Shown here in pieces: positions 1 through 11,682 of a stretch of 64,000 nt of DNA. The stretch is from Takakia lepidozioides. Taxonomy: Eukaryota > Plantae > Bryophyta. Under the pieces are notes generated by a model. It had not been told where the DNA came from, did not search any database, and was given only the letters and a program-made list of their open reading frames with translations. The translations under genes were made by a program, and so were the position numbers. Within the stretch, counting starts at the first letter, position 1; the number at the start of each line of letters is the position of its first letter. Location: the NCBI GenBank assembly GCA_030704615.1, contig CM060731.1:44392001-44456000 (forward strand), written 5' to 3'.

Positions 1-2
1 GT

Positions 3-98
3 TGCATATCCGCAGTGGACTTCTTCATCCATGCTCCAACACTGAGTTTCAACGAGCTGCACAAGGCCCTACGGCAGGATACTGGTCGGACTGCTTGA
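3..98 (+). CDS. C-terminal end of MULE/SWIM transposase (partial)
   Basis: Manual translation is homologous to the end of ORF 56973..57284; TGA at 96-98. Confidence 0.75.
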   Translation, partial: CISAVDFFIHAPTLSFNELHKALRQDTGRTA

Positions 99-780
99 CA
101 TTCCACATTCGGGAAGGAGAAAGTGGCAATTATATTACATTCATCTTCTTGCACCCTATTTTTTTGTGAGGAATTATACACTTGGTGGTGCCGCATCGCC
201 ATGGCTACATGTGAATTTCGGTGCCGCAATACATGAGAATGTGGTTTTTGGCCATGAATGGCATGCGCATGCTTTTTTATTTTGGTTGTCTACAAATGGA
301 TCCGAGTAAAGCATACATTGTGTGGAGATTAACGGGCATTGGGCCTATTTCAGCGTCATTTATGGTCTGTGTACTGCATAGTGCTTCCTTGTTACTGCTC
401 TTCCTTCAATTTGTAGTGATTTCGCAGCCCATCCTGGCGTTTTCGTCCACCTTTATGAGAAGACTCCAATTTGCTACAAATACATTGTTACTGTTCTGCA
501 AATGTGATGCCTTTACAAGATTGCTAGTTCTGTGTCCCAGTGGGAAGGGTCCTACTGCACATTCCAGCATTTGCATACTGCACCTTGTGCAAACAGCAAT
601 CCATACGACAAAGGACACGTCCCAGCATACTGGCAGTGAATTGCAAAAAAACCTTAACAGAAGATTATCGAAGCATGTATATTCCCCATATGGTACAGGG
701 AAGCTGCTTGATTTCTGAATGAAAATGTATGTGCCATGAGTGTCAGCGAGTTGAAACATGTCTACTCTAGCATGCAAGAC

Positions 781-1379
781 CTATGGTCCCCTCGCCCAAG
801 AAGAAGGAACTCGAACTGGCCTCTCAAGGACCTCCTCAGTGACCGGGTGCCTATATTTGAACAAAATGTCAGTGGTTTCTGTCGCCCGGTTGAAACTAAC
901 GAGGATGTCGTGTTTATCGATAGCGCCCCCTTCGTAGAAGGACATTTTCACAGTGGGCCCTGTGTTCCCCTCCTCCTCATCCTCATAACTGAAGAGAATG
1001 TCCCCACTTTCCGAGCCAGTCCGTCCACGCGTAAAGTTTTCACCTATGCACTCATCATACGTCCACTCGCAACAATTCCAGCGATACAGCAACGCTGTGC
1101 GTGATCTGTTCGGCTCCACACATGCGGAAAGTCCAGGTCCATGATGCGTAGGAACCACCTGCTCCCCAGCCGGGGTCCAGGAGAATCGTGCAATCCTGCA
1201 AGAAACTCCATTGCTCTCAGCTGGACAAGTCGAGGATCGTCCCTGTAAACATCCAGGAAGACAATGATGTCGTCTGCTTTCGGGAAAATAACTCCCGTCT
1301 GGCGTCGATAGATGTGATTCGGGCACGACATGGCCTCACGACACAGCACGAACTCAAAGCAGGGAGGAGATGGGCACAA
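781..1379 (-). pseudogene. Uncharacterised cargo ORF(s) inside the first MULE copy, possibly one frameshifted gene
   Basis: Overlapping ORFs 1044..1379 and 781..1326 have protein-like composition and lie between the transposase stop and the subterminal repeats. No family recognised. Confidence 0.35.
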
Positions 1380-1449
1380 CAGAGAAGAGTGAAGAGCAAA
1401 ATGAGAGCAAGGCCTCCCTCACCGTAAGGCGGGTATTTGCTCTCCGACG

Positions 1450-1920
1450 CCCAATTTCGGCGCCGTTATTACATGGAGTGCGGAAGCTTCAGCCGAGAAT
1501 TTTGTTTCCGCAGGTCAATTTCGGCGCCGTTATTGGTTGCAATCCCCAGCCTTCAGCCGGGTATTTGGTTTCCGGACCCAATTTCGGCGCCATTATCGGC
1601 TGCACTCCGGTGGCTTCAACCGAGTATTTGGTTTCCGGGGCCCATTTCGGCGCCGTTATCGCCTGCACTCCGGAGGATGCAGCCGGGTATTGGTTGGCAG
1701 AGCCCAATTACTTTCACCGTTGTTGGCTTCACTCCCGAGCCTTCAGCCCGCTATTTCTTTTCCTGTGCCCAATTACGGCGTCGTTATACCCAACCATCCT
1801 GCACTTCTGCAATAGTACTATCCACGGTTATAGGTCGCCATTGCGTTTTCGGAGTCTGCAAACCCGGATCCTAATTCCGCTTGCGTCTCTGCCTCTGGGA
1901 TAATTTCGGTGCCGTTATTG
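1450..1920. repeat. Subterminal ~60-65 bp tandem repeats containing AATTTCGGCGCC
   Basis: Repeated (c)aatttcggcgccgttat...gcactcc/ccttcagcc units. Confidence 0.8.
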
Positions 1921-2236
1921 CCCAGAATTCAGTTATTCTATGACCTGGCCTGGCAGTCCATGAGCCTGGGCTCCAAGTCATGAGCGTACACTGGTACTCA
2001 TGAGCGGAGTGCTTCCAGCATGAGCGCGGAAATCTTCGATTTTTGATTATTTTATAGTTTTTGGCCCGAAAAAAATCTGCCGAAATTCGAAGTGTGTTAC
2101 TTTGCGGCTCATGGGTTAGCCATGCCCGCTCATGAGCTCATGGAATAGCAACCCCCCTGCGGTGTTGTTCGTTGCAAGCAGAAAGGAAGCAAGGGCGTCG
2201 TTGTACCCATCTCCCTTCTGTGGATGTCCTCCTTGT

Positions 2237-3610
2237 ATGGCTGGGGGAAATGAGGACGTAATTGAAGGGCAGGTCTCTTCTCTTAGCCTGTGCACACAAG
2301 GGGACAGGATTTATGTTTCCCAAGGAACTCAGACTGATTTGAGTGGAGAACAGTTGGACGAGTTGATTGCATACTGGGAGTCAGGCATTAGCAGTAGACA
2401 ACAGACTGCTGTAGTTGGCATTGAGGGCCTCAATATCGCTTTGGACAGTCAGTTCTGGTATGGAATTTTGGACAAGGAGCTCAGGAGAAGGGTGCGGGAT
2501 GCAACCCTGTTACAAGCAGCCCAACCCACATTAGCAGATGTGTTTCTGCTGGCTGAGCAGATTGAGCTCAACATGGTGGAGGAGCGAGTTGTTACCATTG
2601 GGTTTGGCAAGGACATGCCTACACGAGGCGCAGCTGCCAGCCCACAGGCACAAGGGATTGCCCAACAGCGTGGTCAGGGGGGCAAGGTTTCCCAACCCAA
2701 GTTCCATGGAGCTTACAGGGGACCTCAGGTGCAGAGGCCCGTGGCATCTTTTGCAGGCCAACAGCAACCAGGGGTGATATGTTGGACATGTGGAGGACCC
2801 CATGTCAAGAGAGATTGCCCAGAGAGTGGCAAAAGGCCGGCACAAACACAGCCTGCACAGTTGCAGTGTGGGCATTGTGGCAAGTATGGGCATGGAGATG
2901 CCCAGTGTTATGACTTGCATCCTGAGTTGCGCCCAGGCCAGTTCCAAGGGAACAATGGTGGCCGGGGGCGAGGTGGACCAGCCCAGAGAGGACGAGGTGG
3001 TCAGACACAAGGTGCAGGCCAAGGGCAAGCTCAACATGGCCACGGACGCGGAGGTCAGGGTGTTGACCAAGGCATGGCCAACTGGCTTCAGCAGCTAGAG
3101 CAGAGGCTCGCTGCCATGGCTACAGCTCAGGCGGTACCAAATCCCAGGCGGGATGGTCCACCTCCTGCGCCTGAGGGAGGAGATATGGGAGGCATAGGAT
3201 TCATGTGCAGAGCAGCACTACCACTAGAACAGGTGGAGTCTGCTGCAGCCGTGACTCGAGGAGCAGCACGAGTTACTGAGCCACGAGGTGCAGAGGTGGA
3301 GTTGGATCCACAACGTGGGGAGGCAAGCCGTCAGGCGAGGCTTCCTCAGTCATTCACATTGGCGGAGACAGTGTCGACGCCATCCATGGCACCTAGTTCT
3401 CGCCCGACTGTTACCGAGGCGGAGGTTTCTATGCCATTGGGGAGAGCTACACGTGCAGCACTGACACCTGCTGCCAAGGCTAGTGCAGCCGGTGTGTTGT
3501 TGGGGGCAGCCACCTCTGTGTGTCAAGCCCCACTGTTCTCGGCAACCATGATTGCGACGCCGGGGGGTAAGACCAGCTGTAGTGTTCAGACTAGCAGCAA
3601 CACTCTGTGA
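2237..3610 (+). CDS. Gag-like protein with two CCHC-type zinc knuckles (start uncertain)
   Basis: Zinc knuckles plus a Gly/Gln/Arg-rich region; overlaps the protease ORF at a G6 run (~3562-3567). Confidence 0.65.
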   Translation: MAGGNEDVIEGQVSSLSLCTQGDRIYVSQGTQTDLSGEQLDELIAYWESGISSRQQTAVVGIEGLNIALDSQFWYGILDKELRRRVRDATLLQAAQPTLADVFLLAEQIELNMVEERVVTIGFGKDMPTRGAAASPQAQGIAQQRGQGGKVSQPKFHGAYRGPQVQRPVASFAGQQQPGVICWTCGGPHVKRDCPESGKRPAQTQPAQLQCGHCGKYGHGDAQCYDLHPELRPGQFQGNNGGRGRGGPAQRGRGGQTQGAGQGQAQHGHGRGGQGVDQGMANWLQQLEQRLAAMATAQAVPNPRRDGPPPAPEGGDMGGIGFMCRAALPLEQVESAAAVTRGAARVTEPRGAEVELDPQRGEASRQARLPQSFTLAETVSTPSMAPSSRPTVTEAEVSMPLGRATRAALTPAAKASAAGVLLGAATSVCQAPLFSATMIATPGGKTSCSVQTSSNTL

Positions 3611-4725
3611 GAGTGGGGAGGTCACTTCATCTTCTGCGGAGTTACTGGAAGGTGTAGTGGCAGACGGATCCTCGGATTTGAGGGTCAAGACTGCCACGGC
3701 TGTGCCATGGCAAGCTGCAGCTACCAGGTTGATGGAGTTGCCAGCTAGGCCAGCCTTTGAGCGCGCCATGATGACACCTGGAGTTGTCTTGTTAGACAAC
3801 CAGGATGACATTTTCTCTTTGAGTGGATCGGCAGGCAAGAAGTACCGGCCACTGCGGGTCTTGTTGGACTCGGGAGCTCAGCCACTGATGTTGGGCAGAG
3901 CTGCTATTGCAGGTTTGGGCCTCATGGAGGCGGATATGGAGCCTTGTCCTTTCCAGATACAGACATCTCTGGGAGGATCAGAGCAGGCTCGGGGCATGAC
4001 ACGGCATCAGTTGGCCATTAGACTGCAGCCGGATCACCCTACAGATGGCTCAGTGATGCAAGCCAAGGCCATTGTGACAGACGCGGTCTCTTACGATGTC
4101 CTCATTGGTGGGGCAGTGTTATACCCCATGGGCTTCACCCTGGACTTTTGGGAAGAGTCAGCATTCTACAGGCCTGGATGGCAGTCAGGGGATGGTCGTC
4201 GTGCACAGCTCCCTGTGACATTCATTGGGGGTATTGCGGCTGCCCAACGGGGCAAGATGCCAACACTAGCCGCCTTTACAGCTGTAGTTAGTTGGCCTGG
4301 AGAGTTGCTGGAAGGCAATGCCCATGCAGAGGATGTGCCACCTCCAGCAGAGCATGATGACATGCATGGTATGGTGGAGTTGCCTGCCATGGTTGCTCAC
4401 ACTCTATTGTGGGGTACGAGCAATGATTTGCAGCAGGTTGCTGATCGACGGGTGCAACAAGCCTGGGTAGAGGCTTTTGTACCGTCAAGAGAGGAGGAGA
4501 GTGCGGGTATTACACCAGGACCACCTCAGTTGTCACCATTGGATACCACACCTATTGTGTGGCAGTATCCGGATAAAGGCATTTGCCTTCTGGACTTGTT
4601 TGGCGGGATCAGCACCGGATTGGCTGCTGTGCTACAGGCAGGTGTGCGGGTAAGGCGTTACCTGTATGTGGAGAGGGATGAGACTGCACGACGCGTCTCA
4701 CTGCGCCATGTTGCTCAGTTGGTAC
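3552..4725 (+). CDS. Retropepsin protease followed by truncated C5 cytosine methyltransferase (motifs I-II)
   Basis: LLDSGA catalytic motif at ~3861-3878. LLDLFGGISTG...YLYVE at 4578-4675 resembles DNMT3/DRM VLSLFxGIxTG...Y.A.E. Truncated by a junction at ~4725. Confidence 0.7.
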
Positions 4726-5270
4726 AGGTCGGTTTTGTAGAGCAGAAAGTACCTCGTCACATAGTCGCGTAGGCTCTCTGCTTCACCAGAAATCTCCAGC
4801 TTGAATCACACGTAAAACATCTTTCCGGACAAGTGCTAGAAAAGTGGATCAATAGCAATCAATCTCTTGAACTCCTCATTTTGCCTTTGCCAATGGGGAT
4901 CCCATTTGTCCACCTCATCGGAAGTGTGGGCACGAGAAGCTCCGTGGTCGTTCTCAATGGAAACGTAAAACGCGGCAGACCCCATTCGATAGCCCTCCCG
5001 GAAAGAGAATTTCAGCTTGTCGATATCGCCTGGGAGTGCAGGTCTCACCACCTGCAATGATACCAAGCGGCAAAGGGGAATCCAAAGCTTGGCCAGTTAC
5101 ACCATGCCCCCAAGACCCTGCCAATGTTGTTGTGGGTTGCCTCCAACATCTTGGCAGCGGCCAACTTCATATCCGCCTCCGACATGACGTCTGTTGAAGG
5201 GGGGTTCTCCGGCAGCCCACCAGGACCGCCAAATCCAGCCTGTATGCTCCGGGTTTGGGGCCTGGGGATG
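4725..5270 (-). pseudogene. Internally deleted fragment of the ParB-like cargo gene from another MULE copy
   Basis: 4725-4805 matches ~47890-47970 and 4806-5270 matches ~49172-49636. It encodes a near-identical LQVVRPALPGDIDKLKFSFREGYRMG peptide. Confidence 0.9.
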
Positions 5271-6058
5271 CTTCAGTATCTATCAGATTTCATTCATTCA
5301 TTCTTTCTACAGCTTCACTCAAGTCTCTCTACACAGTGTGATTGTATCGAATAAGTATCAGATTAAGATTTATCATGTATCAGGCCGAAGCCATGGTGTC
5401 CCAAGTCTACCCTATAGTATATCTCTACAGCTTGCATGTTTCAAGCATCTACAGATCATCCTCCTCCTTCACCATGTTCTCCCTTCCTGCTCCAGATGTG
5501 CTCTCCCCTGATCTCCTCTCGTGATGACCAAGAAGTCCCCCCTGAGAAGTGTCCTCTCCATATTGCTACTCTGCCTAATCTACCTGCAAGCTGTTCTAAC
5601 CGCCTAACTAACTAACTGTCACCGAAGAAATAAGCACGTTCCCTCTGCAGATGTCGTTCCCACACAGTTGTTCCCGGCCAATGATAACCGTTCCTTATGT
5701 ATGTTGTGGCGGCTGTGCCAAGCTATGTCGGGCTGTGACTGTGCCGAACCGTGACTGGCTGTGTCGGGTTGTGACTGGTTGTGTAAAGCTGTGTTGGGCT
5801 GTGTCGGCTGTGACTGGCTGTGACAGACTGTGATACGTTGTGTAAGGCTGTGTCCGGTTGTGACAAGCCGTGTCAGACTGTGATACACTATGATAGGTTG
5901 TGTACGACTGTGTAAGCCTATCTACCACCCCTAAAGCCTGTGCCTGTCACCCCTAAGGCCTCTATTGGTCTAAGTCTACCATCCGTAAGTCTGCGCAAAA
6001 ATTAAGGGTACCCCACAGAACCCGTAAAAGTGTCCAAGTCCCAGATAGCCCTCTAACA
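5271..6058 (-). repeat. Probable 3' LTR of the minus-strand Ty3/gypsy element
   Basis: On the minus strand a polypurine tract (TTTTTGAGAGGAGGAGGGGTAA, ~6059-6080) directly precedes TGTTAGAG at 6058. Contains GCTGTGAC-like degenerate repeats at 5700-5915. Left boundary approximate. Confidence 0.55.
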
Positions 6059-6670
6059 TTACCCCTCCTCCTCTCAAAAAGCCGTGTCCTCACGGTTACT
6101 ATTTAGGATCAGCAAACCTTTGTGAGCGAACATCCTTCTGACAGTGAGAGTCATTTGGAGGGCTCTGTGTGCGAGCCCGAGCCCTGTCACTGGCTGATGG
6201 AGATAAGTGTCGACTAGCTGGAACTACCAACCATGCGGTAGTTTGAGAAAGAGGTAAATGTTGTGGTATAGGAGATCCTCGTCGTCTTTTGTCCACCATT
6301 GCTAATTCATACTCCTCAGCCATGTCAAAATCACCCTCCACTGAACCAGTAGTATCAGAATCATCTTCACCCCTGCGGCCTTTCGGTGGTCTGATCTTCT
6401 TGGGCGTCTCAGGAATCCGGCGTTGCATACAGTGTTGGCCCACCATGTCTGGAAGCTTAACTATACTACTTGCATCAATCGCTTGCAAGCAAAATGAGTA
6501 TATTCCCTGAATTCCTTGGCCGTATAGGTGAGAGGTGTGCCAATGACTTTGGAACAATGTAAGTATTTCTAGGCTTCATGTCCCTTATAAAAAATATCGT
6601 CAGGGCCCAATTTTTCTTTGGTCAAGTTGGACCAAGCCAAATTAAACCAGGAACAAAGTTGGAAATCCTT

Positions 6671-9600
6671 CTACAACATGACTTTCACATCATACAGATA
6701 CATATGGGGTGGAACGGACTGTAAGACCCAATGATCCCCAGTGGAATAACTCAGAAATCGTGACTGCATCTTTTGCTGCTCAATGTGATAACATGCAATG
6801 AAACAAGCAGCATAGTATAATCCACAGCCCATGACCAAACTAGATACCTCCTTGGTATTGGTGTAGATGTACCCATGAACAACCTGGAAGACAATTAATT
6901 CCTTCAGCATAGTGCCTGCCTCAGACCAGTATCTTGTAAAATGATGATCCTCAATGGGTCGGTTGTTCGGAAGAACCTTAGTCCGAGTTGCCACTGGCAA
7001 CCAAATACGCATGATTTGGTAATAGTGTGCCAAAGACTGTGGAGGACTGAATTCCTTCCAAGCCAAATCCATCACAATGGGAATTTGGTTGAATGACATT
7101 ATCATAGCCCGATTATACTCAAGTGCAGCAAGTGTCCTAGGTGGGTTAAAAGCAGCATCCCCCCAAACCTCAGACTGTGGCATTGCCTTGGTATTAACAG
7201 TGTCAGCCACCTGCATAGCCACCTGCTGTGGGGGCTGCGATATTGCCACCACTGTCCCGCCTATTGTTGGCAACTCCTGCACCTCCTGTGATGAAGACTG
7301 AAAAATCAGAGTCCTGGCATGCAAATAAGTAGCCACCAGCTACTCTTCAGGAACAAAGACTCTTTTGTCAATGTTGGAACTCACATCATCCACTTGAGTC
7401 TGCAGCCCTTCCACATCATCCTGTAACTCCGCTATCCTATTATAGACATTGTCTATAGTAGTTGTGGCAATGTTCTGCACATGCAACCTGAGATCATTCA
7501 TCTCCCCCTGGGTGAGCTTTCTTGGTGCCTTCCCTTCCATCGGCCCTTGTGTTAACCATACTTGCATAAGATGATTATCCACCAAGTCCTGTGTAGCACC
7601 CCTGAGAGCCTGCTCCTCCTTGAGTCTGTACATATCTAACTGCTGCTGTAAAGCCTGCATGCGCTTCGCATGAGGTTCAACCAGGGTGGCATAGGCATTA
7701 CTGGCTTCCTTCCAAGCCTTGTTAGCCACAGAGAGTTCATTCTTTAGGCCCGTGATTGTTTGCTGCAACTCCAGGATGTACCTTTCCTTCTCAGCCTCAA
7801 TCCGACTGTATTGTTGGAAGGTATCCTCATTGCGACAGATAGTAGCCTTCAAATCAGCAATGAGTTTCCATTGCTCCACTGTCTCAGCCTCCACCATCAT
7901 ACACCTCTCTGCTTGTCTGTTAACTTCTAATGCAGTTTGTTGCAGAGCAGTTGTTAGTGTGGCACATTGGATAGTCATTTTCTAAAGAACTGCCTCCAAC
8001 TCTATATGAAGCACCTTCACTTCCTGCAATTTGCCCTCATGCTTCACTTGCAACTGGTATAGCCGTTGCTTATGTACTTCATGCAACTTCTCCTGCTCCA
8101 GACCTGCTTCAATCATATTCCCCTTTGCTAGCTGCAGGGCAACCTTCGTGTCCTCCAACTCTTTCTGCAACTTAAGGTTGGCCTCCACATCCACCTTATT
8201 TGCACACTCAGTGGCAATTCTTGCCTCAAATTCTTGCTTGAGCTCCTCCCTCAAAGCTGCCAATTATGTGGATGGAACATGGGATTTCACCTAAGTGCCC
8301 AACAAATTGAGTGTCCTGCTTATGGAACTCATATGCATGGCCTGTTGTGGGTCTTCATGGGAAACTTGTTGATGGTCCCCCTGATTCTCCACAGTATGAT
8401 GTTTCACCAACCATTCAGGCCATGTTCCCACAAGATCTTCTTCCTGAATGACCTCATTCTCCACAGGTGCTGCAGTGCCCTTACATTCTACCCCTGGAAC
8501 CTCCTCCACAGGTTTTGGCATGACATGCACAACAGGGATTTCCTTAGTCAAACTCTGCATCTTTGGTACCACTGGTTCCCTGACCAAGCCAGAGTTTTCA
8601 TAGAGAAGATCACCCTTCTCAATTTCTGCCACTACCTGCTCTGTAGTGGGGATGTCCAACCCTTCTCCTTCCATAGCAATAGGCTCGGGTGTAACAACAT
8701 GTACCATCTGAATTACCCCCGGAACAACCGAGTCAACTGGCTGTGGTGGCTATGATTCCGAGGTGACTTCTTCCTCCCGCTCCAAGCCTCCAACAATAAC
8801 AACTCCCTGTGTTGCTGCTCATCATCCTGCACAAAGCGCTATGGAAACATCATCTTGTGGTTTCCTCGTAGCTAGTGGATCTGCCACTACGGTCATATCC
8901 CGCTTCTGCCTCTTGGACTGGTGTTGTCCCTCCAATCCTCCTTCACCGTGTAAAGAGCCATGCTCCTCAATTACAGTGGTTGTTGTCTCAAACACTCCCA
9001 TCTCCTTGTGTTCACGTGCATCAAACAAACAAGAATCAAGGATAATTCGCACAATTATTGGGCCAGACACAATGATCGGAGACTTAGCAGCAGTGCCCTG
9101 TAACCGCTTCATCTCTTCCACATCAACTCCGCCCAAGCCACATCCTCTCCCCTCAAGGCTTTCAGTATCTCCTTCGTGAACGATCTGCTAAGGTACTGTG
9201 GGTTCTGCTTCATGGCAAACAGAACGTTCAGTATTTGGCCAACTTCCCTTAACCCTGGGTACTCGGCCTTGGTGCAGGTGTATCCTTGAGTCTTAAAGAA
9301 ACTCGCTTCTTGGAATAAATTCCCTATTTTCAATCTTGCACTGTGTTCATCCACATTCACATGCCCAGATGGCAATTCAAACAGTTGCTGCAAGTACTGG
9401 GGAGTAATTTCTATATCTACTCCCCTCACCTGTGTAATTCCTGTCCGGGGCTCAAAGTTCTGAATGAATTGAATCATGTACTTCCAATGATGCAAGGACC
9501 ATTCCTTGCGTAGCAGCCCTTCCAGTCGCAACTCCTTCAGCAGCTGCACTGCCTGTGGTGTAGCAATTGTTTGCTTCTGCAGAATCGTGGTGGGGCGTAG

Positions 9601-9700
9601 AGCATAAAGGTATGGTTGGCACAAAAAGGAACAGGTAAGTGTGTGTAAGCCTGTGGGGCTTGCAGATAGTGAGTGAGAGAGAGTGTCCTTTCAACCCGTC
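6671..9700 (-). pseudogene. Extra 3' ORF of the gypsy element (Athila/Tat-type accessory protein with coiled coil), fragmented
   Basis: Chain of same-strand ORFs 9109..9624, 8822..9136, 8291..8707, 7982..8263, 7340..7978 and 6671..7336. IQFIQNF...VRGVDIEITPQYLQQLFELP resembles the plant-retroelement Transposase_32-like domain. Heptad-rich 7340-8263. Confidence 0.6.
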
Positions 9701-11682
9701 CGTCGTTGCGCCACTGCGTGAGAAGTAAAGCTAGCGTATAGTTTGTAATATCCGCCATAGCTACAAAGCTATAGCTTTGATTGCCCCTCCCGTCGAGACA
9801 CTGGCTATTCGGAGCAACCCCGACTCTTCCACTCATAACTTTTCTAATTTCTTGTTCTTGTTTCTTGGAGAGAACCACCCGCATGAAATTCTCGTTTCTG
9901 ATTGGCTGTTGCCTCCTCGGGTAACTTCTAAATTCTACCCCCATCTGCTCACATTCCCACCTGGAATGCCCACTAGGACAACACATGTGGCAAAGCCCCC
10001 CTTTGCCGGACGCATGAAGGGTTCTGTTACCTGTCCTTTTGATGCATTAATGAGTCCGTAATTAGTTTCGGCTGAGGTACCGGGTAGGTACTTTGACAGC
10101 CCTGTTTGTCTTCTTGCATGATGGCACACGCTATGCGGAGCGCTTTGCCCTTTAGGCCACATGTTTGAACTCAAACACTCTCTTGTCTCCCTCTGTCCGT
10201 GTGGCTTCTCCTCCGAGTTTGACTTCCAAGCTGACCTTACATTTACCGGCCCCCTTTCTGACGTTAACCCGCATCCACCTGTCACTAATCCTATGGACTG
10301 TGCAACCCGCGTGGGCTGTGTTGGGCTGTGACAGATTGTGTCAAACTGTGACGAGCTGTGATAAACTGTGTGATGCTGTGATGGGCTGTGATAGGCTGTG
10401 TCATACTGTGGTGACCTGTGATGACTGTGTGAACACCCGTGTTCTACGCTCAGGCCATACACATTTGGCTTTACAACAAGTGCTTCATGCTCCGTTGGTA
10501 TCACCGGTGCAGCCTGTGACTGCATCTGCGTTTCAAGATGCAAATCATGCTGCAATGGTTTATCATGAATACCACTATATCCTTTCATCTTATTGGCATT
10601 GACTCTCCCAAGCATCTCTTTGTTAATGGTTTGTAACATGGCTGTGTTGTTATCATACATCTTCTGTATGACATAAGATCATTTCCATGGTGACTTAAGC
10701 TTATAAGCTTTAATCTTTCCCTTCTTCTGTAACCACAGAACCAAATCACCCGTCTTGAAAGTTTTCAATTTACCTTTATCAAATTGATCCTTCCTCTTCA
10801 TCTAAATTTTGGTCATGTTATCTGCTGCATCAGCACGTACTTCTTCCACATGATATAATTCATGTTTTCTGACTTTAATTGAATCCTCCAATTCCATTCT
10901 TCTTCCCCATTCAGTTCTCATGGTAGGTAACAAGAATTCCACTGGAAATAAAGCTTCCATACCATAAACTAATTGGAATGGTGTATACTTAGTGGTGACT
11001 TTATATGAAGTCATGTATGACCACAAAGCTGTCAGCAGCTTTGTATCCCAATCTGTTCTATTTGCATTGACTATCTTAGCCAAGATAGTACACAGTATTT
11101 TGTTGGTGGCCTCTGCCTGCCCATTACCTTGTGGGTAATAGGTTGTACTTTTCCTGTGCACAATCATGAACTCTTTAGTCAATAGTTCTATGGTCTTGTT
11201 AATGAAGTGGCTTCCCTGGTCACTGATAAATTCCAGGGGACAGCCAAATCTCGTGGGTATGTTCTCATACAAGAACCTTGCTGTGGACTTAGCCGTATTG
11301 TCCTTCAGAGCCCTAGCTTCCATCCACTTTGTAATATAATCAGTGGCTGTGATTATATACTTGTTCTGTGTATTCCTAGCTAGTGGGTGAATTGGTCCAA
11401 CAAAGTCTAGTCCCCATTTCTGAAATGGTTCAGTAGGCATCGTAGGATGCAAAGCCATCTTCCCAGATCTTTGCAAAGGTCCTAGCCTCTAACACTCATC
11501 ACAACTCTTGCAATACTTGTGTACATCTTTGAACAAAGTAGGGCACCAGTAACCTGCAAGTAGTATTTTTCTACTGGTAGTCTCCTCTTCAAAATGTCCT
11601 CCAGCCATTCCTTTATGAACCTCTTCCAAAACTTTATTTACTTCATGGTGGTACAAGCATCGTTTAAGTACTCCATCAGGTC

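Larger units (their letters stand above)
1..2156 (+). mobile_element. Right-hand part of a Mutator-like element related to the 44638-58265 element (left part outside the window)
   Basis: Bases 3-98 encode CISAVDFFIHAPTLSFNELHKALRQDTGRTA*, matching the transposase C-terminus at ~57200-57284 (IDDFIHAPALSVNELHKLLLRD). TTTCGGCGCC repeats occur at 1450-1920. The segment ends in GCTCATGGAATAGCAACCCCC, matching the TIR GCTCATGAAATAGCAAACCTC at 58245-58265. Confidence 0.85.
2157..4725 (+). mobile_element. Truncated LTR-type retroelement: gag (zinc knuckles), aspartic protease and DNMT3-like C5 methyltransferase N-terminus
   Basis: ORF 2132..3610 has CWTCGGPHVKRDC and CGHCGKYGHGDAQC knuckles. ORF 3552..4772 has the protease motif VLLDSGAQPLML...YDVLIG, then GICLLDLFGGISTGLAAVLQAGVRVRRYLYVERD. 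Confidence 0.8.

Noticed and set aside
2132-2236. Listed start of the 492-aa ORF
   Set aside because: The ATG lies within the MULE TIR, so this N-terminus is a junction artefact.
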